A program made the position numbers and the translations under genes. Of a stretch of 32,000 bases of DNA, positions 10,995 to 19,897 are shown in pieces (positions within the stretch are counted from its first letter, which is position 1; each line of letters opens with the position of its first letter). A model generated the notes under the pieces. That model was not told where the DNA came from, did no database searches, and saw only the letters and a program-made list of their open reading frames with translations. The stretch lies in contig NZ_LN831024.1 of assembly GCF_001457615.1 (NCBI RefSeq), positions 3,810,001 to 3,842,000 on the forward strand, written 5' to 3'. Source of the stretch: Pseudomonas aeruginosa. Its GTDB lineage: Bacteria > Pseudomonadota > Gammaproteobacteria > Pseudomonadales > Pseudomonadaceae.

Positions 10995-12410
10995 ATGAGC
11001 AAACAGATTCCCGTTCAAGACGTCACCCCGCCTGCCAAGGGCGACACCAATAACAACGATCTCTACGCCAAGCGCGAGAAGATCTACACCCGGGCCTTCA
11101 CCGGTATCTTCCGCCGACTGCGCATGGTGGGCGGTGCGGCGCTCTTCCTCCTCTACTTCGGTACCGTCTGGCTCAACTGGAGCGGCCGCCAGGCCGTCTG
11201 GTGGGACCTACCCGAGCGCAAGTTCTACATCTTCGGCGCCACCTTCTGGCCGCAGGACTTCATGCTGCTTTCCTGGCTGCTGATCGTCTGCGCCTTCGGC
11301 CTGTTCTTCATCACCGTGTTCGCCGGTCGCGTCTGGTGTGGCTATACCTGCCCGCAGAGCGTGTGGACCTGGATCTACATGTGGTGCGAGAAGGTCACCG
11401 AAGGCGACCGCAACCAGCGCATCAAGCTGGACAAGGCTCCGATGAGCGGCAACAAGCTGCTGCGCAAGACCGCCAAGCACAGCCTGTGGCTGCTGATCGG
11501 CCTGGTCACCGGCCTGACCTTCGTCGGCTACTTCTCGCCGATCCGCGAGCTGATTCCCGAGCTGCTCACCGGCCAGGCCGACGGCTGGGCCTACTTCTGG
11601 GTCGGCTTCTTCACCCTGGCCACCTACGGCAACGCCGGCTGGCTGCGCGAGCAGGTGTGCATCTACATGTGCCCCTACGCGCGCTTCCAGAGCGTGATGT
11701 TCGACAAGGACACCCTGATCGTCTCCTACGATCCGCGTCGTGGCGAGAAGCGCGGCCCGCGCAAGAAGTCCCTCGACTACAAGGCCCAGGGCCTGGGCGA
11801 CTGCATCGACTGCACGATGTGCGTGCAGGTCTGCCCGACCGGCATCGACATCCGCGACGGCCTGCAGATCGAGTGCATCGGCTGCGCGGCGTGCATCGAC
11901 GCCTGCGACAGCATCATGGAGAAGATGAACTACCCGAAAGGGCTGATCAGCTACACCACCGAGCACAACCTCAACGGCCAGAAGACCCACCTGGCCCGGC
12001 CGCGCCTGATCGGCTACGCCATCGCCCTGGTGCTGATGATCTCCGCCCTGATCACCGCGGTGGTCCTGCGTCCGCTGGTCGGCTTCGACGTCAGCAAGGA
12101 CCGCGTGCTCTACCGCGAGAACGAACTCGGCCGCATCGAGAACGTGTACAGCCTGAAGATCATGAACAAGGATCAGCAGGACCACACCTACATCCTCGGC
12201 GCCAAGGGTCTCGAAGGCCTGACCCTGGAAGGCCGGCGCGAGCTGAAGGTGGCGGCGGGCGACATCCTCAACCTGCCGATGGAACTGTCCATCGAGCCGG
12301 AGAAGCTGCCTTCGACCACCAACGAGATCGTCTTCACCATCGAGTCGGCCGACGACCCGAGCATCCATAAAGAAGCGAAGAGTCGCTTCATTGGCCCACG
12401 CACCCGTTGA
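10995..12410 (+). CDS. ccoG: cbb3 oxidase maturation ferredoxin-like membrane protein CcoG/FixG, 471 aa
   Basis: Two 4Fe-4S motifs, CIDCTMCVQVCP and CIGCAACIDAC. TM segments, and position immediately after the cco operons. Confidence 0.92.
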   Translation: MSKQIPVQDVTPPAKGDTNNNDLYAKREKIYTRAFTGIFRRLRMVGGAALFLLYFGTVWLNWSGRQAVWWDLPERKFYIFGATFWPQDFMLLSWLLIVCAFGLFFITVFAGRVWCGYTCPQSVWTWIYMWCEKVTEGDRNQRIKLDKAPMSGNKLLRKTAKHSLWLLIGLVTGLTFVGYFSPIRELIPELLTGQADGWAYFWVGFFTLATYGNAGWLREQVCIYMCPYARFQSVMFDKDTLIVSYDPRRGEKRGPRKKSLDYKAQGLGDCIDCTMCVQVCPTGIDIRDGLQIECIGCAACIDACDSIMEKMNYPKGLISYTTEHNLNGQKTHLARPRLIGYAIALVLMISALITAVVLRPLVGFDVSKDRVLYRENELGRIENVYSLKIMNKDQQDHTYILGAKGLEGLTLEGRRELKVAAGDILNLPMELSIEPEKLPSTTNEIVFTIESADDPSIHKEAKSRFIGPRTR

Positions 12411-12421
12411 GTAACTTGAGC

Positions 12422-12961
12422 ATGCAGTCCGAGACCCACCCTCAACCCTGGTACAAACACTTCTGGGCCTGGTTCATCGTGGCCCTCCTGGCGACCTCGG
12501 TGGTGCTCGGGCTGAGCCTGGTCACCATCGCGGTGCGCAACCAGGACACCCTGGTCACCGACAACTACTACGAGGCCGGCAAGGGCATCAACCGCTCCCT
12601 GGAACGCGAGAACCTGGCCGTACGCCTGCAGGTGCACGCCAAGGTCAAGGTCGACGACCTGACCGGCGAAGTCGAAGTGCGCCTGACCGGCAACAGCCGT
12701 CCGGATCGGCTCACCCTCAACCTGATCTCGCCGACCCAGCCGGAGAAGGACCGCCGCGTGGAGCTGCTGCGCAGCAACTCCGACCGCGAGCGCTACGTCG
12801 GGCAACTGACCGACGCCGTCGAGGGCCGTCGCTTCGTCGAACTGCTCGGCCAGGAAGGCAGCGGCCAGTGGCGTCTTTTCGAGGAAGAGGTGGTATCGCC
12901 GACCGTGGTCATGGAGCTGGGTGACGAACCGCTCCAGGGAGCAGAAGCGAAGCGCCCATGA
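12422..12961 (+). CDS. ccoH: cbb3 oxidase assembly protein CcoH/FixH
   Basis: Single N-terminal TM helix (WYKHFWAWFIVALLATSVVLGLSLV) followed by a periplasmic domain. I call the ATG at 12422. An alternative TTG at 12407 overlaps the ccoG stop. Confidence 0.85.
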   Translation: MQSETHPQPWYKHFWAWFIVALLATSVVLGLSLVTIAVRNQDTLVTDNYYEAGKGINRSLERENLAVRLQVHAKVKVDDLTGEVEVRLTGNSRPDRLTLNLISPTQPEKDRRVELLRSNSDRERYVGQLTDAVEGRRFVELLGQEGSGQWRLFEEEVVSPTVVMELGDEPLQGAEAKRP

Positions 12962-15393
12962 GCGCCCCCCTGCCCTGCTACCACTGCGGCTTGCCGGTCC
13001 CCGCCGGCAGCCGCTTCGAGGCCCGCGTACTCGGCGAGACGCGGGCCATGTGCTGTCCGGGCTGCCAGGCGGTGGCCGAGGCCATCGTCGCCGGCGGCCT
13101 GGAAAGCTACTACCGGCACCGCAGCGAAAACGCCGCCAATCCCGAAGCCTTGCCCAAGGCGCTCAGCGAAGAGTTGCAGCTCTACGACCGCCCGGACGTA
13201 CAGGGCGGCTTCGTCCGCCATGAGGGCGAGCTGGCGGAAACCAGCCTGATGATCGAAGGCATCAGTTGCGCCGCCTGCGGCTGGCTGATCGAGAAGCACC
13301 TGCGCCAGTTGCCTGGCGTGGCCGAGGCGCGGCTCAACCTGTCCAACCATCGCCTGCACGTGCGCTGGCAGGACAGCCAGTTGCCGCTCAGCCAGTTGCT
13401 TGGCGAACTGCGCCAGATCGGCTATGCCGGCCATCCCTACCAACCCGACCGCGCCACCGAGCGCCTGGCCATGGAGAACCGTCACGCCCTGCGCCAGCTC
13501 GGTGTCGCCGGGCTGCTGTGGATCCAGGTGATGATGGCGGTAATGGCGACCTGGCCGGAATTCAACCTCGACCTTTCCGCCGGCATGGACCGCATCCTGC
13601 GCTGGGTCAGCCTGATCCTCACCACGCCGATCGTCTTCTACTGCTGCGGCCAGTTCTTCCGTGGCGCCCTGCGCGACCTGCGCACCCGCCACCTGACCAT
13701 GGACGTCTCGGTGTCGCTGGCGATCGGCGGCGCCTACGTCGCCGGCATCTGGTCGACGATCACCGGCCAGGGCGAGCTGTATTTCGACGCGGTCGGCATG
13801 TTCGCCCTGTTCCTCCTCGCCGGCCGCTACCTCGAACGCCGCGCGCGGGAGCGCACCGCCGCCTCCACCGCGCAACTGGTCAACCTGCTGCCGGCGTCCT
13901 GCCTGCGCCTGGACGCCGCCAACCAGGGCGAGCGCATCCTGCTCAGCGAACTGCGCGTCGGCGACCGCGTACTGGTACCGCCAGGCGCCGTGCTGCCGGC
14001 CGACGGAGTGATCCTCGACGGCCAGTCCAGCGTCGACGAGTCGCTGCTCACCGGCGAGTACCTGCCCCATCCACGCCAGGCCGGCGACGCCGTCACCGGC
14101 GGTACCCTGAACGTCGAGGGGCCGCTGACCGTCGAGGTCGGCGCCCTTGGCGACGACAGCCGCCTGTCGGCCATCGTCCGCCTGCTGGAACGCGCCCAGG
14201 CGGACAAGCCGCGCCTGGCGGAACTGGCCGACAAGGTGGCGCAGTGGTTCCTGCTCATCGTCCTGCTGGTCGCCGCAGCGGTCGGCGCGCTGTGGTGGCA
14301 GGTCGACCACCAGCGCGCCTTCTGGGTGGTGCTGTCGCTGCTGGTCGCCACCTGCCCCTGCGCCCTGTCGCTGGCCACGCCCACCGCTCTCACCGCGGCC
14401 ACCGGCAGCCTGCACAAGCTCGGCCTGCTGATCACGCGCGGGCACGTGCTGGAAGGGCTGAACCACATCGACACGGTAATCTTCGACAAGACCGGCACCC
14501 TCACCGAAGGCCGCCTGACGCTCAAGCAGGTGCTACCCCTGCGCGATCTCGACGCGGATCGCTGCCTGGCCCTCGCCGCCGCCCTCGAGAACCGTTCCGA
14601 ACACCCCATCGCCCGCGCCTTCGGCCGTGCGCCGGAGGCCGCCGACAGCGTCGCAAGCCATCCGGGACTGGGCCTCGAAGGCCTGGTGGAAGGCCGCCGC
14701 CTGCGCATCGGCCAGGCCGCCTTCGTCAGCTACCTGGGCGGCAGCGCCACGCCCGCGATGCCCGGCAACTCCGGACAGTGGCTGCTGCTCGGCGACGAGC
14801 AGGGACCGCTGGCCTGGTTCGGTCTCGACGACCGCCTGCGCAGCGACGCCCCCGCCCTGCTCGCCGCCTGCAAGGCGCGCGGCTGGCGCACCCTCCTGCT
14901 ATCCGGTGACGCCTCGCCGATGGTCGCCAGCGTCGCTGCCGAACTGGGCATCGACGAAGCCCGCGGCGGCCTGACCCCGGACGACAAGCTGGCCATGCTC
15001 GAACGCCTGCACGGCGAGGGCCGCCGGGTGCTGATGCTCGGCGACGGAGTCAACGACGTACCGGTGCTCGCCGGTGCCGACATCAGCGTCGCCATGGGCA
15101 GCGCCACCGACCTGGCCAAGACCAGCGCCGACGCGGTGCTCCTGTCCAACCGCCTGGACAGCCTGGTGCAGGCTTTCCGGCTGGCGCGCCGCACCCGCCA
15201 TATCATCATCGAGAACCTGGCCTGGGCCAGCCTGTACAATGGCCTGGTCCTGCCCTTCGCCGCGCTCGGCTGGATCACCCCGGGCTGGGCGGCGATCGGC
15301 ATGTCGGTCAGTTCGCTGCTGGTGGTGGTCAACGCCCTGCGGCTGACCCGAATCCCTTCGCCGAGGTCCGTATGGCCGCGCTCTACATCCTGA
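12958..15393 (+). CDS. ccoI: Copper-translocating P1B-type ATPase CcoI/FixI, 811 aa
   Basis: The ATG overlaps the ccoH stop (ATGA). N-terminal Cys-rich module CYHCG...CCPGC and an HMA-like CAAC. TM motif CPC, phosphorylation site DKTGTLT and hinge GDGVNDVP. Confidence 0.95.
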   Translation: MSAPLPCYHCGLPVPAGSRFEARVLGETRAMCCPGCQAVAEAIVAGGLESYYRHRSENAANPEALPKALSEELQLYDRPDVQGGFVRHEGELAETSLMIEGISCAACGWLIEKHLRQLPGVAEARLNLSNHRLHVRWQDSQLPLSQLLGELRQIGYAGHPYQPDRATERLAMENRHALRQLGVAGLLWIQVMMAVMATWPEFNLDLSAGMDRILRWVSLILTTPIVFYCCGQFFRGALRDLRTRHLTMDVSVSLAIGGAYVAGIWSTITGQGELYFDAVGMFALFLLAGRYLERRARERTAASTAQLVNLLPASCLRLDAANQGERILLSELRVGDRVLVPPGAVLPADGVILDGQSSVDESLLTGEYLPHPRQAGDAVTGGTLNVEGPLTVEVGALGDDSRLSAIVRLLERAQADKPRLAELADKVAQWFLLIVLLVAAAVGALWWQVDHQRAFWVVLSLLVATCPCALSLATPTALTAATGSLHKLGLLITRGHVLEGLNHIDTVIFDKTGTLTEGRLTLKQVLPLRDLDADRCLALAAALENRSEHPIARAFGRAPEAADSVASHPGLGLEGLVEGRRLRIGQAAFVSYLGGSATPAMPGNSGQWLLLGDEQGPLAWFGLDDRLRSDAPALLAACKARGWRTLLLSGDASPMVASVAAELGIDEARGGLTPDDKLAMLERLHGEGRRVLMLGDGVNDVPVLAGADISVAMGSATDLAKTSADAVLLSNRLDSLVQAFRLARRTRHIIIENLAWASLYNGLVLPFAALGWITPGWAAIGMSVSSLLVVVNALRLTRIPSPRSVWPRSTS

Positions 15394-15581
15394 TCCCCGT
15401 CGCGATCGTCATCGTCGCCATCGCCATCTACGTGTTCTTCTGGGCGGTGGACAGCGGCCAGTACGACGATCTCGACGGCCCCGCCCACAGCATTCTCTTC
15501 GACGACGAAGACCCGAAGCACCAGGCCGGCGTCGACGAAGCGGAGAAGCCGTCGAAACCCGAGGACCGACCGCGTGGCTGA
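15372..15581 (+). CDS. ccoS: cbb3 oxidase maturation protein CcoS/FixS, 69 aa
   Basis: Single TM peptide MAALYILIPVAIVIVAIAIYVFFWAVDSGQYDDLDG. GAGG lies 5 nt upstream of the ATG. Overlaps the ccoI 3' end by 22 nt. Confidence 0.88.
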   Translation: MAALYILIPVAIVIVAIAIYVFFWAVDSGQYDDLDGPAHSILFDDEDPKHQAGVDEAEKPSKPEDRPRG

Positions 15582-16257
15582 ACTGGCGCCGTTGCTGGTT
15601 TCCGCGCTGATCCTCGGCCTGCTCGGGGGAGGCCACTGCCTGGGCATGTGCGGCGGCCTGATGGGCGCGCTGACCCTGGCCATTCCCGCCGAACAGCGCG
15701 GCCGTCGTCTGCGCCTGCTGCTGGCCTACAACCTCGGCCGCATCCTCAGCTACGCCTGCGCCGGCCTGCTGCTCGGCCTGGCCGGCTGGGCGGTGGCGCG
15801 CACCCCGTTGGCCGGCGCGCTGCGGGTGGTCGCCGGGCTGCTGCTGATCGCCATGGGACTCTACCTGGCCGGCTGGTGGAGCGGCCTGACCCGCGTCGAG
15901 GCGCTCGGTCGCGGTCTCTGGCGCCACCTGGAACCCTTCGCCCGGCGCCTGCTGCCGGTCTCCAGCCTGCCACGAGCCCTGCTGCTCGGAGCGATCTGGG
16001 GCTGGCTGCCCTGCGGGCTGGTCTACAGCACCCTGCTCTGGGCCACCAGCCAGGGATCGGCACTGGACAGCGCGCTGCTGATGCTGGCGTTCGGCCTCGG
16101 CACCTGGCCGGTTCTGCTGGCCACCGGCATGGCCGCCGAACGGGTGACCGCCCTGCTGCGCCGTCGCGGCGTACGCATCGTGGGCGGCCTGATGGTCATC
16201 CTCTTCGGCCTCTGGACCCTCCCAGGACCGCACCAGGCCTGGCTGATGGGGCATTGA
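15574..16257 (+). CDS. Polytopic membrane protein, DsbD_2 / TauE-SafE-like, 227 aa
   Basis: The GTG start overlaps the ccoS stop. Six or more hydrophobic segments. Cysteine motifs GGGHCLGMCGG and WLPCG. Confidence 0.8.
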   Translation: MAELAPLLVSALILGLLGGGHCLGMCGGLMGALTLAIPAEQRGRRLRLLLAYNLGRILSYACAGLLLGLAGWAVARTPLAGALRVVAGLLLIAMGLYLAGWWSGLTRVEALGRGLWRHLEPFARRLLPVSSLPRALLLGAIWGWLPCGLVYSTLLWATSQGSALDSALLMLAFGLGTWPVLLATGMAAERVTALLRRRGVRIVGGLMVILFGLWTLPGPHQAWLMGH

Positions 16258-16307
16258 CGGACGCCCGTCCCAACATCGGGCGACACATCCTGTATACATT
16301 CACCCGC

Positions 16308-16321
16308 TTGATACAAATCAA
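16308..16321. promoter_or_regulatory. Anr box of the hemN promoter
   Basis: Perfect TTGATacaaATCAA, 64 nt upstream of the hemN ATG. Confidence 0.88.
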
Positions 16322-16384
16322 CAGGCCTTCCCGGAGCAATCCCTAGACTTCCCGACTAAAGCTCGCCAACTGGGGATCTCTGGC

Positions 16385-17767
16385 ATGCTCGACACCATTC
16401 GCTGGGACGCTGACCTGATTCGGCGCTACGACCTTTCCGGCCCGCGTTACACCTCCTATCCGACCGCCGTGCAGTTCCACGAAGGCATCGGCCCGTTCGA
16501 CCAGTTGCACGCCCTGCGCGACAGCCGGAAGGCCGGACACCCCCTGTCGCTCTACGTGCACATCCCGTTCTGCGCCAACATCTGCTACTACTGCGCCTGC
16601 AACAAGGTGATCACCAAGGATCGCGGGCGCAGCGCGCCGTACCTTGCGCGCCTGGTCCGCGAGATCGAGATCGTCAGCCGCCACCTCTCCCGCGAGCAGG
16701 TGGTCGAGCAACTGCACTTCGGTGGCGGAACCCCGACCTTCCTCAGTCCCGGCCAGTTGCGCGAACTCATGTCGCAATTGCGCACCCACCTCAACCTGCT
16801 GGACGACGATTCGGGCGACTACGGCATCGAGATCGACCCGCGCGAGGCCGACTGGTCGACCATGGGCCTGCTCCGCGAACTCGGTTTCAACCGCGTCAGC
16901 CTCGGCGTACAGGACTTCGACATGGAGGTGCAGAAGGCGGTCAACCGCATGCAGACCCCGGAGGAGACCCGTACCATCGTCGAGGCCGCGCGCACCCTGC
17001 AGTACCGCTCGATCAACCTCGACCTGATCTACGGACTGCCGAAACAGACGCCGGACAGCTTCGCCCGCACGGTCGACGAAGTGATCGCGCTACAGCCGGA
17101 TCGCCTCTCGGTGTTCAACTATGCCCACCTGCCCGAGCGTTTCATGCCGCAGCGGCGGATCAACGCCGACGACCTGCCGAGCCCGGGCCAGAAGCTGGAA
17201 ATGCTCCAGCGCACCACCGAGCAGCTCGCCGCGGCGGGCTACCGCTATATCGGCATGGACCACTTCGCCCTGCCCGACGACGAGCTGGCCAGCGCCCAGG
17301 AAGACGGCACCCTGCAACGCAATTTCCAGGGCTACACCACGCACGGGCACTGTGACCTGGTAGGTCTCGGGGTCTCGGCGATCAGCCAGATCGGCGACCT
17401 CTACAGCCAGAACAGCAGCGACATCAACGACTACCAGACCAGCCTCGACAACGGCCAGTTGGCGATCCGTCGCGGCCTGCACTGCAACAGCGACGACCGG
17501 GTGCGGCGCGCGGTGATCCAGCAACTGATCTGCCACTTCGAACTGGCCTTCGAGGATATCGAGACAGAGTTCGGCATCGACTTCCGCAGTTACTTCGCCG
17601 AGCTGTTGCCCGATCTCGAACGCTTCGCCGCCGACGGCCTGATCCGCCTGGACGCCAAGGGCATCGACATCACGTCTTCCGGACGTCTGCTGGTGCGTTC
17701 GATCTGCATGCTGTTCGACCGCTACCTGCCCAGCCTCAACCGGCAGCGCTTCTCCCGGGTGATCTGA
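16385..17767 (+). CDS. hemN: Oxygen-independent coproporphyrinogen III oxidase (radical SAM), 460 aa
   Basis: Radical-SAM motif CANICYYCAC (CxxxCxxC), GGGTP motif and a HemN C-terminal domain. Confidence 0.95.
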   Translation: MLDTIRWDADLIRRYDLSGPRYTSYPTAVQFHEGIGPFDQLHALRDSRKAGHPLSLYVHIPFCANICYYCACNKVITKDRGRSAPYLARLVREIEIVSRHLSREQVVEQLHFGGGTPTFLSPGQLRELMSQLRTHLNLLDDDSGDYGIEIDPREADWSTMGLLRELGFNRVSLGVQDFDMEVQKAVNRMQTPEETRTIVEAARTLQYRSINLDLIYGLPKQTPDSFARTVDEVIALQPDRLSVFNYAHLPERFMPQRRINADDLPSPGQKLEMLQRTTEQLAAAGYRYIGMDHFALPDDELASAQEDGTLQRNFQGYTTHGHCDLVGLGVSAISQIGDLYSQNSSDINDYQTSLDNGQLAIRRGLHCNSDDRVRRAVIQQLICHFELAFEDIETEFGIDFRSYFAELLPDLERFAADGLIRLDAKGIDITSSGRLLVRSICMLFDRYLPSLNRQRFSRVI

Positions 17768-17772
17768 AAGCG

Positions 17773-17801
17773 CACCGCCCTGCCCGCACGACAGGGCGGT
17801 G
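17773..17801. terminator. Bidirectional hairpin between convergent hemN and the hypothetical gene
   Basis: Perfect 10-bp stem CACCGCCCTG / CAGGGCGGTG with a 9-nt loop. Confidence 0.55.
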
Positions 17802-17815
17802 AATCCCCGCCCCTT

Positions 17816-18283
17816 CTACCGGCTGCCCATGACCTTCATGATCAGCGCCGGGTCGCTGATACCCATCTCCTTGATGGCCGATGCCATCGCTGCCGTCGCC
17901 GTCTGCAGGGCGGAGTTGAGTTGTTGCAGCTCCTTCTGCAACTCAGGCACGCGAGCCTCCTTCGCCCCCGGATCGGACGACCTCATGGCCTCCTGCAGCT
18001 CCCTGAGCTTCTCTTCGATCTTCTTCTTCAACTGGCGGATCATCTTCACCATCGGCCGCAACTCCTGCGGGATATCCTCGTCCTCCTCCTCCACCGGCAC
18101 CCCCATGGTGGCGGCCAGCTCGCGCCCTGCCTGGGAAAGCCGTACATGCTGATCGGCGGCGTCGGTGCCGGCGGCCGGGTCTTCCGCCTGCTCGGCGGTG
18201 CCGGTCCGCGCGGCCTTGGCGTCCGCGGCGGCGCGCGACGAGGGTGGCACCTGGGTGGTGATCCAGCCACTGAGGGTCAACAT
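17816..18283 (-). CDS. Hypothetical acidic coiled-coil protein, 155 aa
   Basis: I prefer the ATG at 18283, preceded by GGAG with an 8-nt spacer, over the longer ORF start at 18409. Contains an acidic run VEEEDEDIPQE and heptad-like segments IRQLKKKIEEKLRELQEAM and ELQKELQQLNSALQ. Confidence 0.65.
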   Translation of the reverse strand: MLTLSGWITTQVPPSSRAAADAKAARTGTAEQAEDPAAGTDAADQHVRLSQAGRELAATMGVPVEEEDEDIPQELRPMVKMIRQLKKKIEEKLRELQEAMRSSDPGAKEARVPELQKELQQLNSALQTATAAMASAIKEMGISDPALIMKVMGSR

Positions 18284-18374
18284 TCCAGTCACTCCGGGAA
18301 AAATGGAATTCTTCCATTGGATCGGCCCACGCGTCGCGAACTTGAGCCCCCTTTTCGTCGCCCCTTGACAGGGT

Positions 18375-18389
18375 GCGACAGGTAGTCGC
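18375..18389. promoter_or_regulatory. GCGAC-N5-GTCGC palindrome in the anr / hypothetical divergent region
   Basis: GCGACaggtaGTCGC sits immediately after a TTGACA hexamer (18365-18370). It is 140 nt upstream of the anr ATG. Confidence 0.4.
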
Positions 18390-18395
18390 AGTTGT

Positions 18396-18409
18396 TTGAC
18401 GCAAGTCAC
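18396..18409. promoter_or_regulatory. FNR/FixK-type box candidate upstream of anr
   Basis: TTGACgcaaGTCAC matches 9 of 10 positions of TTGAY-N4-RTCAA and 7 of 10 of the strict Anr consensus. Confidence 0.35.
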
Positions 18410-18528
18410 TGATTGGAAACGCCATCGGCCTGTCAGAAATGGTCGTTGCCAGACCTATGGCTGGCACCCGCATCGCGGCTGCGTTACCCTTACTCCTGTT
18501 GTGCCTTTAACCTAGCAAGGACCCCTCA

Positions 18529-19263
18529 ATGGCCGAAACCATCAAGGTGCGCGCACTGCCCCAAGCACACTGCAAGGATTGCAGTCTGGCCCCGCTGTGC
18601 CTCCCCCTGTCGCTGACCGTGGAAGACATGGATTCGCTGGACGAGATCGTCAAGCGCGGTCGTCCCCTGAAGAAAGGCGAATTCCTGTTCCGCCAGGGCG
18701 ATCCTTTCGGCTCGGTCTTTGCCGTGCGCTCCGGCGCCCTGAAAACCTTCAGCATCACCGATGCCGGCGAAGAGCAGATCACCGGCTTCCACCTGCCCAG
18801 CGAGCTGGTCGGCCTGTCCGGGATGGATACCGAGACCTATCCGGTATCCGCCCAGGCCCTGGAAACCACCTCGGTCTGCGAGATTCCCTTCGAGCGCCTG
18901 GACGAACTGTCCGAGCAGCTGCCGCAACTGCGCCGCCAACTGATGCGCCTGATGAGCCGGGAAATCCGCGATGACCAGCAGATGATGCTGCTGCTGTCGA
19001 AGAAGACTGCCGACGAGCGCATCGCCACCTTCCTGGTCAACCTGTCGGCGCGCTTCCGTGCCCGTGGCTTCTCCGCCCAGCAGTTCCGCCTGGCCATGTC
19101 GCGCAACGAGATCGGCAACTATCTCGGCCTGGCCGTGGAAACCGTGTCGCGGGTCTTCACCCGCTTCCAGCAGAACGGCCTGATCAGCGCGGAAGGCAAG
19201 GAAGTGCACATCCTCGACTCCATCGAGCTGTGCGCCCTCGCCGGCGGCCAGCTGGAAGGCTGA
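18529..19263 (+). CDS. anr: Anaerobic global regulator Anr (FNR/CRP family), 244 aa
   Basis: N-terminal cysteine cluster [10 protein letters not shown], a cNMP-binding-like fold and a C-terminal HTH with the FNR-type ETVSR recognition motif. AAGGA lies 7 nt upstream of the ATG. Confidence 0.96.
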   Translation: MAETIKVRALPQAHCKDCSLAPLCLPLSLTVEDMDSLDEIVKRGRPLKKGEFLFRQGDPFGSVFAVRSGALKTFSITDAGEEQITGFHLPSELVGLSGMDTETYPVSAQALETTSVCEIPFERLDELSEQLPQLRRQLMRLMSREIRDDQQMMLLLSKKTADERIATFLVNLSARFRARGFSAQQFRLAMSRNEIGNYLGLAVETVSRVFTRFQQNGLISAEGKEVHILDSIELCALAGGQLEG

Positions 19264-19280
19264 AGCGCCTGCGAACCGCC

Positions 19281-19308
19281 AACGGGCCCGCCTCAGCGCG
19301 GGCCCGTT
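19281..19308 (+). terminator. Hairpin terminator after anr
   Basis: Perfect 11-bp stem AACGGGCCCGC / GCGGGCCCGTT with a 6-nt loop. The downstream U-tract is weak. Confidence 0.55.
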
Positions 19309-19348
19309 GTATGATGGGCCCCGAAAAACGCCCAGCCCAGGATCTTCC

Positions 19349-19897
19349 ATGATTTTCGACGAGTTCACCCTCAAGTCGCAGATCCGCGCCGTGCCGGACT
19401 TTCCCAAGCCCGGCGTGGTGTTCCGCGACATCACCCCGCTGTTCCAGTCGCCACGCGCGCTGCGCATGACCGTGGACAGCTTCGTCCAGCGCTACATCGA
19501 GGCCGATTTCAGCCACATCGGCGCCATGGATGCCCGCGGCTTCCTCATCGGCTCGGCGGTGGCCTATGCGCTGAACAAGCCGCTGGTCCTGTTCCGCAAG
19601 CAGGGCAAGCTACCCGCCGACGTACTCGCCGAGGGCTACCAGACCGAATACGGCGAGGCCTTCCTCGAAGTACATGCCGACAGCCTCTGCGAAGGCGACA
19701 GCGTACTGATCTTCGACGACCTCATCGCCACCGGCGGGACCCTGCTGGCGGCCGCGAGCCTGGTACGACGCCTCGGGGCCAGGGTCTTCGAGGCCGCGGC
19801 GATCATCGACCTGCCGGAACTCGGCGGCTCCACTCGCCTGCAGGACGCCGGCATCTCCACCTTCAGTCTCACCGCGTTCGCTCTCGACGAGCGTTGA
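19349..19897 (+). CDS. apt: Adenine phosphoribosyltransferase, 182 aa
   Basis: Internal ATG at 19349. N-terminus [20 protein letters not shown] and PRPP-binding motif [14 protein letters not shown]. Confidence 0.93.
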   Translation: MIFDEFTLKSQIRAVPDFPKPGVVFRDITPLFQSPRALRMTVDSFVQRYIEADFSHIGAMDARGFLIGSAVAYALNKPLVLFRKQGKLPADVLAEGYQTEYGEAFLEVHADSLCEGDSVLIFDDLIATGGTLLAAASLVRRLGARVFEAAAIIDLPELGGSTRLQDAGISTFSLTAFALDER

